Origin: Kiritimatiellia bacterium
GTDB taxonomy: Bacteria; Verrucomicrobiota; Kiritimatiellia; UBA8416
Direction: 5' to 3'
Assembly (NCBI GenBank): GCA_047920915.1
Contig: JBLRXB010000003.1
Location: 1-34,928 of the forward strand
Length of the DNA: 34,928 nucleotides
Below, piece after piece: positions 16,819 to 25,732 of this stretch. How positions within the stretch are numbered: the first letter of the stretch is position 1; each line of letters starts with the position of its first letter. Below the pieces are notes generated by a model that ran no database searches, was not told the DNA's origin, and saw only the letters and a list, made by a program, of their open reading frames with translations. The position numbers were made by a program, and so were the translations under genes.

Positions 16819-17771
16819 ATGGATGGCGGCACAAGGATCTGGTCGCGGCTATTGTTCTGCTGGTGCTGCTGGGTGTCGTTCCGCTGCTGGCCTTGCGTGT
16901 GGATCCACGGGGCTATGATGGTGGCCGATCGCGTGACATGGTTGCCCGTTCGCAACGGAATGCGAGTGCCATCGCGACATTGCTCGGCGAGTTGCGAACC
17001 TCGATGAGTGATTTGTTGTTTGTGAAGACGGAACGTTATTTGCACAGTGGTGTCGGGTATGTTGCGCATCATGAAGAACAGTTGCTAACGGTAGAGGCCA
17101 TGGAGACAGATGTTGCTGAGCACCAATCTCAGGTAGGTGAGGATTTGTATGTTGATCGTGCTGCTTCCCATGCTGGTACGCAGACTCTCATACCTGCCGG
17201 GGAGCGTGATTATCGGGGGTTCATCGGGCGCATGCATCGGCATGTCAAACCATGGCGCGATCCGTCCAAGGCGCATTTACACACGGATGGCACGCAGTTG
17301 CTGCCGTGGTTCCGGATTATGACACGCAATGATCCAAACTATGTTCCAGGCTACAGCATAGGGGGCTGGTGGGTTTCCCTTCATGACGAAGAAGCATCCC
17401 TTGCCTTTATGAACGAGGGGGTTCGCAATAATCCTGCGGCATTTCAAATCCGGTTGGCACGCGGATTCCTGTTAATGCGGAGACTGCGTCAACAAGGCGA
17501 GCCGGATCCGGTTTTGCTGGAGAATGTATGGACAGATTTTCGGGAGGCCGTTCGATTAGGGCTGGCACAACGGCCCGATTCTGCATTAGGGTCACCCGAG
17601 GAGCAACCTGGTTGGTCTGCATTTCAGGAGCAGGATTTATGGTCGGCTTGCCAGGCGCTGGTGATTGTGGAGATGCGCTATGGGGATGCGGCATCAGCCC
17701 GGCAGCTTGCAGAGGCCTATTTTGCCTTGTTTCCTGAAAATCAGGCCTTGGCGAATTTGTTGCATGAGTAA
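16815..17771 (+). CDS. Membrane-anchored His-rich/TPR-like hypothetical protein (PilG-like position)
   Basis: N-terminal hydrophobic helix; His-containing segment; helical LLPWFRIMTRNDP..GGWW..EGVRNNP repeats; ATGA overlap. Confidence 0.75.
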   Translation: MNGWRHKDLVAAIVLLVLLGVVPLLALRVDPRGYDGGRSRDMVARSQRNASAIATLLGELRTSMSDLLFVKTERYLHSGVGYVAHHEEQLLTVEAMETDVAEHQSQVGEDLYVDRAASHAGTQTLIPAGERDYRGFIGRMHRHVKPWRDPSKAHLHTDGTQLLPWFRIMTRNDPNYVPGYSIGGWWVSLHDEEASLAFMNEGVRNNPAAFQIRLARGFLLMRRLRQQGEPDPVLLENVWTDFREAVRLGLAQRPDSALGSPEEQPGWSAFQEQDLWSACQALVIVEMRYGDAASARQLAEAYFALFPENQALANLLHE

Positions 17772-17837
17772 GCGTTATGCGTCGGGTTCGAGCCTGGCCC
17801 GTTGGGTGTTTTGCAAGCAAGATATGAAAGGAGAAGT

Positions 17838-18632
17838 GTGCGTTTACGTGATAGAATGGTTGGGTTCGTTTTGCTTGTAGTGCTACTGCCATGGATAAGG
17901 AATGTTGCGGTCGCCTCTGATGCGAAAGTGGATTTGGCTGCACTGGAGGCTCTGACGGGGCGCTGGATCGCGCTACGATCCGAGCTTGCTGGAGAGCAGC
18001 AAGCCTGGCAGCGCCAGGAAGGACAGTGGCAGCGGGAAATCGGTTTGTTGCGGCGTGAGGTGGCAGAGCGGCGCGCGGCGCTGGAAGCGGATACTGCCTT
18101 CTTATCGGGGGTGGAGGAGGCGCAGTCGGATCTTCAGGTGGAAAAGGAAAAGATCGAAGCGAGTTTGCAATTGCTGGATGCGGTTATCGGTCGTCATGAA
18201 GCATTGTTGCGGGGTTGGCAAATGCGTGTGCCGCCGAGTCTGCAGCCGGAAGGCGGGGTAGGTTTTCGTGCATTGCCGGCAAACGATGCGATCGCGATGC
18301 AAACGGGCGTGTTGCGTCGGTTGCAAACTGTGCTGGTGCTGTACACCCAGATTGAAACATTGCAGAACAACATCCATCTTGTGCGGGAGCTGATCGATCT
18401 TGCTGGTGTCCAGCGGGAGGCTGCGGTGCTGTATATCGGATTGGCGCGTGGCTTTGCGGTTTCGGCTTCCGGTGACTGGGCTGCGATTGGTGTGCCCGGG
18501 GATCATGGCTGGGTGTGGCAGGACATGCATGCCGAAGCCCCGCGGATACGATTAGCAATCCGCACGCTGGAGCGTGAGGCCGAGGCCCAGCTGGTTCCCT
18601 TGTTGTGGGCACTCGCAGGGGAGGGGCAATGA
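17838..18632 (+). CDS. DUF3450-like coiled-coil periplasmic protein (TtpB-like)
   Basis: GTG after AAAGGAG; signal-like N-terminus, long coiled coil, LYIGLARGF motif; sits directly before a long ExbB. Confidence 0.75.
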   Translation: MRLRDRMVGFVLLVVLLPWIRNVAVASDAKVDLAALEALTGRWIALRSELAGEQQAWQRQEGQWQREIGLLRREVAERRAALEADTAFLSGVEEAQSDLQVEKEKIEASLQLLDAVIGRHEALLRGWQMRVPPSLQPEGGVGFRALPANDAIAMQTGVLRRLQTVLVLYTQIETLQNNIHLVRELIDLAGVQREAAVLYIGLARGFAVSASGDWAAIGVPGDHGWVWQDMHAEAPRIRLAIRTLEREAEAQLVPLLWALAGEGQ

Positions 18633-20038
18633 TGCGCAGGCACGGCATGATGGTGGTATTGGGGATGATCGGATGGATGGTGTGCGCGTCTGGGCATGCC
18701 GGATCCAGCACGGATGCGGTCGCACGTGCCATCGCGTCCTTGCAGGCAGATATCCAGCGCGATACGGCGGCATTGCTTGCCTTGCGCGCTGAGATCGGGG
18801 CCGCGCGCGAGCCCTTGGCGCAAGAGCTGGCTGCCTTGCAGGAGGAGGCCGCCGGCTTGCGAGCCGAAATGGAGCGGTTGCAGCGTATGCGTCAGCAGGG
18901 GGAGCAGGACCAGGCGCGTTTACAACAGCGGGCTGCGATTGCCCGGGAATCATACCAGTATGCCGAAACGTTGGTAACGGAGTATGCGCGTTCGCTCGAT
19001 ACACGTGTTGGTGTTACAGAGGCGGTTGTACTGGTTGATCATTTGACGCCAATCAGGGATCAGTTTGCTGATGTGGGGGTAGAAGAATTTCCTGTGCTTG
19101 TTGCGCAATTGCTGGCGTTGGCAGAGGAATGGAACACGAAACGACTGGGTGGGCATGTTGTAGCGGGCGTGGCGTTGGATGCCGAGGGGTTAGCCCGTGC
19201 GGGAAGCTTCGCTGTTTTTGGCCCGGTTGCGTTCTTTGCGGCCGATGCGGCTGATACTGCTGGTATTGCCCTGCCGCGTTTAGGGCGCTTGGAGCCTGGT
19301 ATGCATCCTTTGGAGCGCGCTGGCGCCCGTGCGGTGCATGGCTTGCTGGCGGGTGCGGCGGCGCACATACCGACAGATGTAACGGGTGGCGATGCGATCC
19401 GAATAGAACAAAGTCGGGTGACGATTGTCGCGCGTTTGCGCAAAGGTGGTTTTGTGATGATTCCATTATTGCTGACGGGGTTAGTCGCGCTGTTGTTGGC
19501 GGTTTGGAAAGCGGTTGCACTCGGGTGCCTGCATCACGCTGTCAATGCAGACCTTGGGGAATTACCACTGCTGCTGCAGCGCGGTGACATTGCGCAGGTG
19601 CAAGCTTTATTGTCCGGGGTCAAAGCGCCGCTGGCGGATATTGTACAGGAGGCGGTTGCGCATCGGGATACGCAGCGCGAGCACTTGGAAGAGATTCTGC
19701 ATGAGCATGTTGTTGGCGTCCTGCCGCAGGCAGAGCGCCATCTAGGGACACTCGCCGTGCTGGGTGGTGTTGCGCCCTTGCTGGGGTTGCTGGGGACCGT
19801 AACGGGTATGATACATACCTTCCAACTGGTTACCTTGTTTGGTTCCGGTGATGCCCGGATGCTGTCGGGAGGCATATCCGAGGCATTGATTACGACGGAA
19901 ACGGGATTGGTGATTGCGGTGCCGGTTCTGCTTGTACAAGCCTTTCTTGCCAGAGGTGCACGATCGGCCGTCGCCACGCTGGAGCGCCAGGCCTTGACAC
20001 TGGTGAATCATTTGCATGCCAGAGGGAATGTGCGATGA
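18629..20038 (+). CDS. Long MotA/TolQ/ExbB proton-channel protein with periplasmic coiled coil (TtpC-like)
   Basis: Signal peptide, coiled coil, then GGFVMIPL and APLLGLLGTVTGMIHTF...GGISEALITTETGL. Confidence 0.9.
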   Translation: MMRRHGMMVVLGMIGWMVCASGHAGSSTDAVARAIASLQADIQRDTAALLALRAEIGAAREPLAQELAALQEEAAGLRAEMERLQRMRQQGEQDQARLQQRAAIARESYQYAETLVTEYARSLDTRVGVTEAVVLVDHLTPIRDQFADVGVEEFPVLVAQLLALAEEWNTKRLGGHVVAGVALDAEGLARAGSFAVFGPVAFFAADAADTAGIALPRLGRLEPGMHPLERAGARAVHGLLAGAAAHIPTDVTGGDAIRIEQSRVTIVARLRKGGFVMIPLLLTGLVALLLAVWKAVALGCLHHAVNADLGELPLLLQRGDIAQVQALLSGVKAPLADIVQEAVAHRDTQREHLEEILHEHVVGVLPQAERHLGTLAVLGGVAPLLGLLGTVTGMIHTFQLVTLFGSGDARMLSGGISEALITTETGLVIAVPVLLVQAFLARGARSAVATLERQALTLVNHLHARGNVR

Positions 20039-20679
20039 TGGGAACGATGCAGATGTGGCACTATTGGGCGTCCGGCGGTGCATTGCTGGTTCCCTTAGCG
20101 GCCGTCAGCTTTGCGATTCTGTTTCTGGTGACACGTGCGCAGTTGACAGCGCGCAGGCTCGTGCGGGAGGGTACGTATTTGCAGCGCTGGCTGGCACAGC
20201 AGACGTCCGTGCGGGATGTCACGAGTTTGCAGCGCGTTCTTCCCGCGAGCTCATTTGCCTCCGTTTTCCAGTGTGCTTTAACGCAAATTGCAGAGGGGGC
20301 GCATTCGCCACTTGAGGCCATGTCAGCATCCGAGGATTTAGCGCTGCAACATCTGCGTCGGGATTTCCTGTTGATTACAGCGCTGACGGCGGCGGCTCCC
20401 TTGCTGGGGTTGCTGGGTACGGTGGGCGGTATGATAACGACATTCGAGGCGGTCGCAATGGTTTCGGGGCAGACGGGAACCCGCGTAGCGGGGGGAATCA
20501 GCCAGGCTTTGATTACAACACAGTTCGGTCTGGTTATTGCCATGCCCGGCGTTTTTGGTTTGGCGCAGATCCGGCAGACGACGCGCGATGTGCAATTTCT
20601 GCTGGGGGATTGCCGTGCCCATCTGGTTGCGATGCTTGGGGTTCGCCCGCAGGCTGTTAAAGGGAGGCGGGGCGGATGA
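20035..20679 (+). CDS. exbB: MotA/TolQ/ExbB proton-channel protein
   Basis: APLLGLLGTVGGMITTF...GGISQALITTQFGL. Confidence 0.9.
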   Translation: MMGTMQMWHYWASGGALLVPLAAVSFAILFLVTRAQLTARRLVREGTYLQRWLAQQTSVRDVTSLQRVLPASSFASVFQCALTQIAEGAHSPLEAMSASEDLALQHLRRDFLLITALTAAAPLLGLLGTVGGMITTFEAVAMVSGQTGTRVAGGISQALITTQFGLVIAMPGVFGLAQIRQTTRDVQFLLGDCRAHLVAMLGVRPQAVKGRRGG

Positions 20680-21080
20680 AACGGGTACAGTGGGATGTCG
20701 AATTGGCGCGCGGGGTAGAAATTAACATGTCGCCACTGATCGACTGTGTGTTTCTCTTGTTGATCTTTTTTATCGTAACCACGGTCTTTGTCGAGGAGGT
20801 GGGGGTTGACATACAAAAGCCCCAGGCTACGAGTGCCGTCGATTTGGACCGCAACAGTATCCAGATCGCCGTTACGGCAGATGGCCGGGTGCTTTATGGT
20901 GGTCGTGATATCGGGGTGGGCGGTGTGCGTGGCGTGGTGGCGCGGCAGCTACGAGAGCGCGAGGTTCCGGTTATTATTCTGGCGGATGCAGATGCGCGGA
21001 CGGCTCCCGTTGTTGATGTGATTGATGAATGCCGCCTGGCTGGAGCGCGTCAGGTGAGCATTGCAGCTACCCGGGAATAA
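20676..21080 (+). CDS. exbD: Biopolymer transport protein ExbD/TolR
   Basis: INMSPLIDCVFLLLIFFIVT with the conserved Asp; ADA...VVDVID..RLAG. Confidence 0.93.
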   Translation: MKRVQWDVELARGVEINMSPLIDCVFLLLIFFIVTTVFVEEVGVDIQKPQATSAVDLDRNSIQIAVTADGRVLYGGRDIGVGGVRGVVARQLREREVPVIILADADARTAPVVDVIDECRLAGARQVSIAATRE

Positions 21081-21086
21081 CGTGAC

Positions 21087-21761
21087 ATGACGCGAAAGAC
21101 ACAAGTTATCAGCATGGAAAAAGGATTTGCGCCGCGCTGGAGTTGGCGTGCGGTGTGGTTGGCATTGGTGCTGACGATCATGCTATATATGGGGTTGCCT
21201 TATCTGGAGAGGCTTTCGGCTCCCGTCCGGCCTGTGTTAGAGATACGGCCCGTATCAACGATTGCGCCGCCTGTCCCGCTGCAGCCACCGCCCGAACCAA
21301 TTCCGTCCGAGGTTGTGGAGCGTCCGCGGGCACCGGAGCTTCCGCGCATGACGCAAGCGCTTGCTTTGCCGCCGGCAAATCTCAGTTTACGGATGGGAAT
21401 TGGCGATGTGGGTGGTGATTTTGATTGGGGTTTTGCGTTGGCGACGCTGGATGGTGAGCTTGATGACATGGTGTTCGAGCTTGGTGCGTTGGACGAGCCT
21501 CCGCGCGCGATTGTGCAATTGCGGCCGCAGTATCCACCTCAGGCGCGCCTGCGGCAACAAGAGGGGTATGTGACGGTGGCGTTTATTGTAAATGCAGAGG
21601 GTGCCGTAGAGGCACCCGTTGTTGTGGAGGGCCAGCCCGCCGATCTTTTTGATCAGGCGGCCTTACGGGCGGTGGCGCGCTGGCGTTTTTCGCCCGGCAT
21701 GCGCGAGGGGGCTGCCGTGGCGGTGCGTGTGCGCCAGCGCGTGGAGTTCCGGTTGCAGTAA
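21087..21761 (+). CDS. tonB: Energy transducer TonB
   Basis: N-terminal TM helix, Pro-rich linker, C-domain P.YP..A....EG.V.V.FIV...G...FDQAALRAV.RWRFSP. The start could be 21114. Confidence 0.9.
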   Translation: MTRKTQVISMEKGFAPRWSWRAVWLALVLTIMLYMGLPYLERLSAPVRPVLEIRPVSTIAPPVPLQPPPEPIPSEVVERPRAPELPRMTQALALPPANLSLRMGIGDVGGDFDWGFALATLDGELDDMVFELGALDEPPRAIVQLRPQYPPQARLRQQEGYVTVAFIVNAEGAVEAPVVVEGQPADLFDQAALRAVARWRFSPGMREGAAVAVRVRQRVEFRLQ

Positions 21762-21785
21762 CGTTTTAGAAGGGAGCATAGGCCG

Positions 21786-23102
21786 ATGATTGCATTACAC
21801 GAAAAAGCGGGTAGTAGGGTTGCGATGCGATCCAGGGATCGACTGCTATGGTTTACCGGTATGCTAGTGATGCTGGTTGGGGGTGGCGTTGGTGTTGATG
21901 GCGCAGGTCTACCCTTTGAACCGGAGGTGAGCACAGCCGATCGTCGGTTGTTGCAGGCCGCCCTTGCGGTAGGGCAGACAAACTTGGTGGCGGCTGCGGA
22001 GATGTTGGATAGCGCTCCGCGACGCGGAGCTGCAATTGCATTTGCAGCCGGGAATTTTTATTTTCAGGCCGAAGCGTACGGTGCTGCGCAGCGTGCGTAT
22101 GAAGAGGCCCTTGAGAAGTTACCCCGTTTTCGGGCGGCCAAGGCAAATTTGGGGCGGATTTATCTATTACGGGAACTGCCGCAGGAGGCGATGCGGTTGT
22201 ACCGTGAGTTGGCGGCAGATGGTCAGGCCGATGCTGATATTTACCTGCTGCTGGGGCATGCCTTGCAGCTCATCGGACGCCCGGTTTCTGCGGAGAGTGC
22301 TTTCCGCAATGCGTTGTTGCTTGATCCGGAAAAAAGAGAGGCATTGGTTGGGCTGGTGCAGACCTTGTTTGAGCAGCAGCGCTTTCAGGAGGCTCTATCG
22401 TTAACGGCTGAAATTCTTGCCATGGCGCCCGGCAACCGGGATGTGTGGCGCTTGCGAGCCAATGCCTTCCTGTTGCTGGAACAACATCCGCAGGCGATCC
22501 GTGCGATTGAGGTTGCCAGACGCCTTGGACTTGCGGATGAGGGGTTGCTGGCGTTGCAAGGTGATTTATTGATTAATGCCGGCCAGCCTGCTGATGCAAG
22601 AGAGGCTTATCGTGCAGCCTTTGCCCAGCGCGCACCGTCAGCCGAGCGGGTATTGCGTGCCATTGAAGGGTTTCTGATGCTGGATGACACCGATGGGGCG
22701 CGTTCACTGATGGTATCTGTCGAGTCGACAGATTGGTCCGCTGCGGACCGGGCTACCTGGCTGCGCATGCAGGCGCAATTGGCGTGGCAGGAGCAGGATG
22801 CGGATGCGGCAATTGATCTGGCGCGGGAAGCCCTCACGTTGAATCCGTTGGATGGACGTGGTTTGTTGTTGCTGGCATCGATAGCCGAGGCTGGCGGACA
22901 AGCAGAACAAGCCATCTTGTACTGCGAGCGGGCGGCTCGTATTTCGGCCTACGAGGTGGCGGCCTTGATTCAGCAGGCGCAGATCGAGGTGGGGCGTAAT
23001 CGCTATGCACGCGCAATCAGCTTGCTCGAAACCGCGCAGATTCGGCGGGCACAGCCACATGTGGAGCGCTACCTGGAGCAGTTGCGCCGCATGCAGATGT
23101 AA
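21786..23102 (+). CDS. Tetratricopeptide-repeat protein (TtpD-like)
   Basis: Hydrophobic N-terminus followed by many TPR-like units (A...LG..Y, ALLLDP, ALTLNP). Start uncertain (21786-21825). Confidence 0.85.
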   Translation: MIALHEKAGSRVAMRSRDRLLWFTGMLVMLVGGGVGVDGAGLPFEPEVSTADRRLLQAALAVGQTNLVAAAEMLDSAPRRGAAIAFAAGNFYFQAEAYGAAQRAYEEALEKLPRFRAAKANLGRIYLLRELPQEAMRLYRELAADGQADADIYLLLGHALQLIGRPVSAESAFRNALLLDPEKREALVGLVQTLFEQQRFQEALSLTAEILAMAPGNRDVWRLRANAFLLLEQHPQAIRAIEVARRLGLADEGLLALQGDLLINAGQPADAREAYRAAFAQRAPSAERVLRAIEGFLMLDDTDGARSLMVSVESTDWSAADRATWLRMQAQLAWQEQDADAAIDLAREALTLNPLDGRGLLLLASIAEAGGQAEQAILYCERAARISAYEVAALIQQAQIEVGRNRYARAISLLETAQIRRAQPHVERYLEQLRRMQM

Positions 23103-23232
23103 GCGATGTCGCATTTCGAAATCCCCATTCGCTAGAACGCTGGCTGCGATGGCTTGGAACAAGGTTTGACATATTTTGTGTGCTGTAGGAATGTAAAGTG
23201 TGGTTTGTGTAATGTGTAAAACAGGGGGCGCG

Positions 23233-24861
23233 ATGAAGCGGATAGGACTGGTTGTATTGCTAGCGTTGGGAGTTGCATGTGAATCGGCAATCGGAAGTGT
23301 GCGGGTTGCTTCCGTGTATTTGGAAAGTTTTGCTGCCTTGCAGACGCAGGCCGAGCAAGCAGCGCAGATCTTTGAGTCGCCAGAGATAGGAACGCTTCCG
23401 ATGATGATGCAGATGATGGTGCCTGGCCTGTCCCAGATAGACAGGGATGCGCCGGTCGCTTTGCATATCTATTCGGATGGTGCAGAGAAATATTCGGTTG
23501 TACTGGATATCAAGCCCGCTGTTTCGGCAGAAAATTTTCTGGCGGCGTTAGTGGCGGCGCAGGGGGGTCATGTTCCCGATGCTGTGGACGGTCGGTTTGT
23601 CACAGAGCAGGGTGCGGCACAGGTGCATGGCGATCGTCTGTTACTGGGGCAGCAAGCGGCCGATCTTGATGTTTCCGTGGTAATTGGTATACCGGCGGAG
23701 ATGCCGGGGATTGCCGGATTGCTGCGTTTGGATGCCGCGCCTGCCACGCTGGCGAAGATGCTGGATGGTTTTGCGGAGATGCTGATGCAGACGTTGCCTG
23801 CCGACGATGAGCACCGTGCCATGTTTCGGAATATGATCAAGTTTTATCGGGCCGGGCTGGAGCAGGTTGCGATCTACCAGAGCGGTATCGGGGTTACAGG
23901 CAGCGGGCTTGAAATTCGCGGCAAGATTGTTCCTCAGGCAGGTCGTGCGCTTGCGGGCATTGTGCAGTCGTTGCAGGGGGTTGATGCGGCCTGGCTATCG
24001 CAACTGAACCGTGGCAATCTTTTCGGTGCCGTGAGTGGTGCATATACCATTCCGGAGGGCGTGTTGGCCTCTTTTGTGGATCTATACATTGATATGCTGC
24101 GGTCTGTGCCGGATGGTGCCGAATTAGATCCGGAACTGATGCGTGCGATGTTTGAACCATCGATTGCATCGGCAGGGGCACCTTCCTTCCTGTTCGCCGG
24201 ATTGCGCGAGGGGTCGGGAAAATTGGATTTATCTGGAGGGATGCTGGTAGCGGATGCAGCGTCCGTTTTAAAGCGGATGATGGCGTTGGTTGGGAGTGAT
24301 GCATATCAGCAGCTGATGGCGAAGTCAGGGATGGCGGTATCAGGCCCGGTTGAGCGTCTGGTGAATGGTCATACGGTTTACCGTTGGTCCATGACGTGGG
24401 ATGGTGAAAGCCTCCGGGATCAAATGGGGCATACAGGCGCGCCGGGCATGGGGGCAGACGAGATGGCTACCTTTACGCGTGTTCTTGAAGCGCTGTTGGG
24501 TGGATACGATTATGCCGCCACGGATAAGGGGATGGTTTTTGGTATTACAGATGATGCGGGAATCATCCAGGCGATGCAATTATTGGATGCCGGTGGGCAG
24601 CGCATGGCAGCACCGAATCCGGTTCTTGCGCGTATGGGGGTCTCAACGGCCCCCTATGCCGTTGCACGCCTTGATTTGCTTGGCATGTTGAAACTCGTTT
24701 CCCGCCTCACACCCTCCGGCGCGGCCTTTGCGCAGATCGAGTCACACTCTGTAGGTATCCAGTTTACGGGCTGGCGCAGTGGCGACGCGATTGAGCAGAT
24801 GATCACGATTCCCGCATCTGATATCCGTGCGATGCGCAAGACCGTGCAGGCGATGCAATAG
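23233..24861 (+). CDS. Large exported hypothetical protein (542 aa)
   Basis: MKRIGLVVLLALGVA signal peptide after an AGGGGG SD; no catalytic motif recognised. Confidence 0.8.
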   Translation: MKRIGLVVLLALGVACESAIGSVRVASVYLESFAALQTQAEQAAQIFESPEIGTLPMMMQMMVPGLSQIDRDAPVALHIYSDGAEKYSVVLDIKPAVSAENFLAALVAAQGGHVPDAVDGRFVTEQGAAQVHGDRLLLGQQAADLDVSVVIGIPAEMPGIAGLLRLDAAPATLAKMLDGFAEMLMQTLPADDEHRAMFRNMIKFYRAGLEQVAIYQSGIGVTGSGLEIRGKIVPQAGRALAGIVQSLQGVDAAWLSQLNRGNLFGAVSGAYTIPEGVLASFVDLYIDMLRSVPDGAELDPELMRAMFEPSIASAGAPSFLFAGLREGSGKLDLSGGMLVADAASVLKRMMALVGSDAYQQLMAKSGMAVSGPVERLVNGHTVYRWSMTWDGESLRDQMGHTGAPGMGADEMATFTRVLEALLGGYDYAATDKGMVFGITDDAGIIQAMQLLDAGGQRMAAPNPVLARMGVSTAPYAVARLDLLGMLKLVSRLTPSGAAFAQIESHSVGIQFTGWRSGDAIEQMITIPASDIRAMRKTVQAMQ

Positions 24862-24871
24862 CTGGTATGGC

Positions 24872-25732
24872 TTAGCGCTGGTTTTGGTGGCGGGGATCCA
24901 TGGCATCGCGCAAGGCATCCCCGATGCTATTGAGAGCAAAGAGCGTCAGGCAGAGGGTGGTGCCCGGCACGATCAGGAGCCAAGGGTAGCTTTCCATGGC
25001 GCGCGCGCCGTCGCGAATCAGCAGTCCCCATGAACTCATGGGGGGTTGCACACCGAGTCCGAGAAAGCTCAGGAATGACTCCAGTAGCATGACTCTGGGG
25101 ATGGTCAGTGTGGTGTAGACAATTACTGGTCCGATCATATTTGGTAGCATGTGTCGAATCATGATGCGCAGGTGCGAGAATCCGAGCGATCGTGCGGCGC
25201 GGATATAGGTTTGTTCCTTGAGTGCGAGGACTTGCCCGCGCACGATCCGCGCCATGGTGAGCCATTCGACGGCACCGATTGCCACAAAAAGCAGCAGGAT
25301 GTTGCGTCCGAAGACGACCATGAGAATGATCACGAAGACGGTAAAGGGTAGTGCGTAGAGTGCATCGACGATGCGCATCATGATCTGATCTGTGCGTCCC
25401 CCTGCATAGCCGGATATGGTGCCGTAGCTAACGCCGATGCCGAGGGCCACGAGTGTTGCGGCAATGCCTACGGCCAGTGAGACACGTCCGCCGTAGAGCA
25501 ATCGAGTCAGCAGATCGCGTCCCAGATCATCGGTTCCCAGCCAATGCCCTGCTTGTGGCGGTACGGGTCCCAGTTCCAGATTCTGTAGGTCATAAGGAAA
25601 GGGTGCCAGTAGGGGGGCTGCGATGGCGGCGAGGGAGAGAAGCAGCACAATCACGAGCGAAAATCTGGCCATGCGATTCTGGAAGAAGCGCCGGGCAATA
25701 TTACGGGCAGGATCTGACAAGCGGATTTTCAT
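24872..25732 (-). CDS. oppC: Oligopeptide ABC transporter permease OppC/DppC
   Basis: HWLGTDDLGRD, ARIVRGQVL..KE..YI.AARSLG, LSFLGLG and GDALRDAMDP. Confidence 0.93.
   Translation of the reverse strand: MKIRLSDPARNIARRFFQNRMARFSLVIVLLLSLAAIAAPLLAPFPYDLQNLELGPVPPQAGHWLGTDDLGRDLLTRLLYGGRVSLAVGIAATLVALGIGVSYGTISGYAGGRTDQIMMRIVDALYALPFTVFVIILMVVFGRNILLLFVAIGAVEWLTMARIVRGQVLALKEQTYIRAARSLGFSHLRIMIRHMLPNMIGPVIVYTTLTIPRVMLLESFLSFLGLGVQPPMSSWGLLIRDGARAMESYPWLLIVPGTTLCLTLFALNSIGDALRDAMDPRHQNQR

Noticed and set aside
20061-20816. 251-aa minus-strand ORF
   Set aside because: Antisense to exbB/exbD, with the Ser/Ala/Pro-rich composition typical of shadow frames.
23166-23195. Perfect TTGACA upstream of the 542-aa exported protein
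   Set aside because: No convincing -10 hexamer at 16-18 nt spacing (GAATGT at 17), so no promoter was called.
23233-23280. Possible lipoprotein signal (LALGVAC)
   Set aside because: Gly at -3 does not fit the canonical lipobox; left as a generic exported protein.
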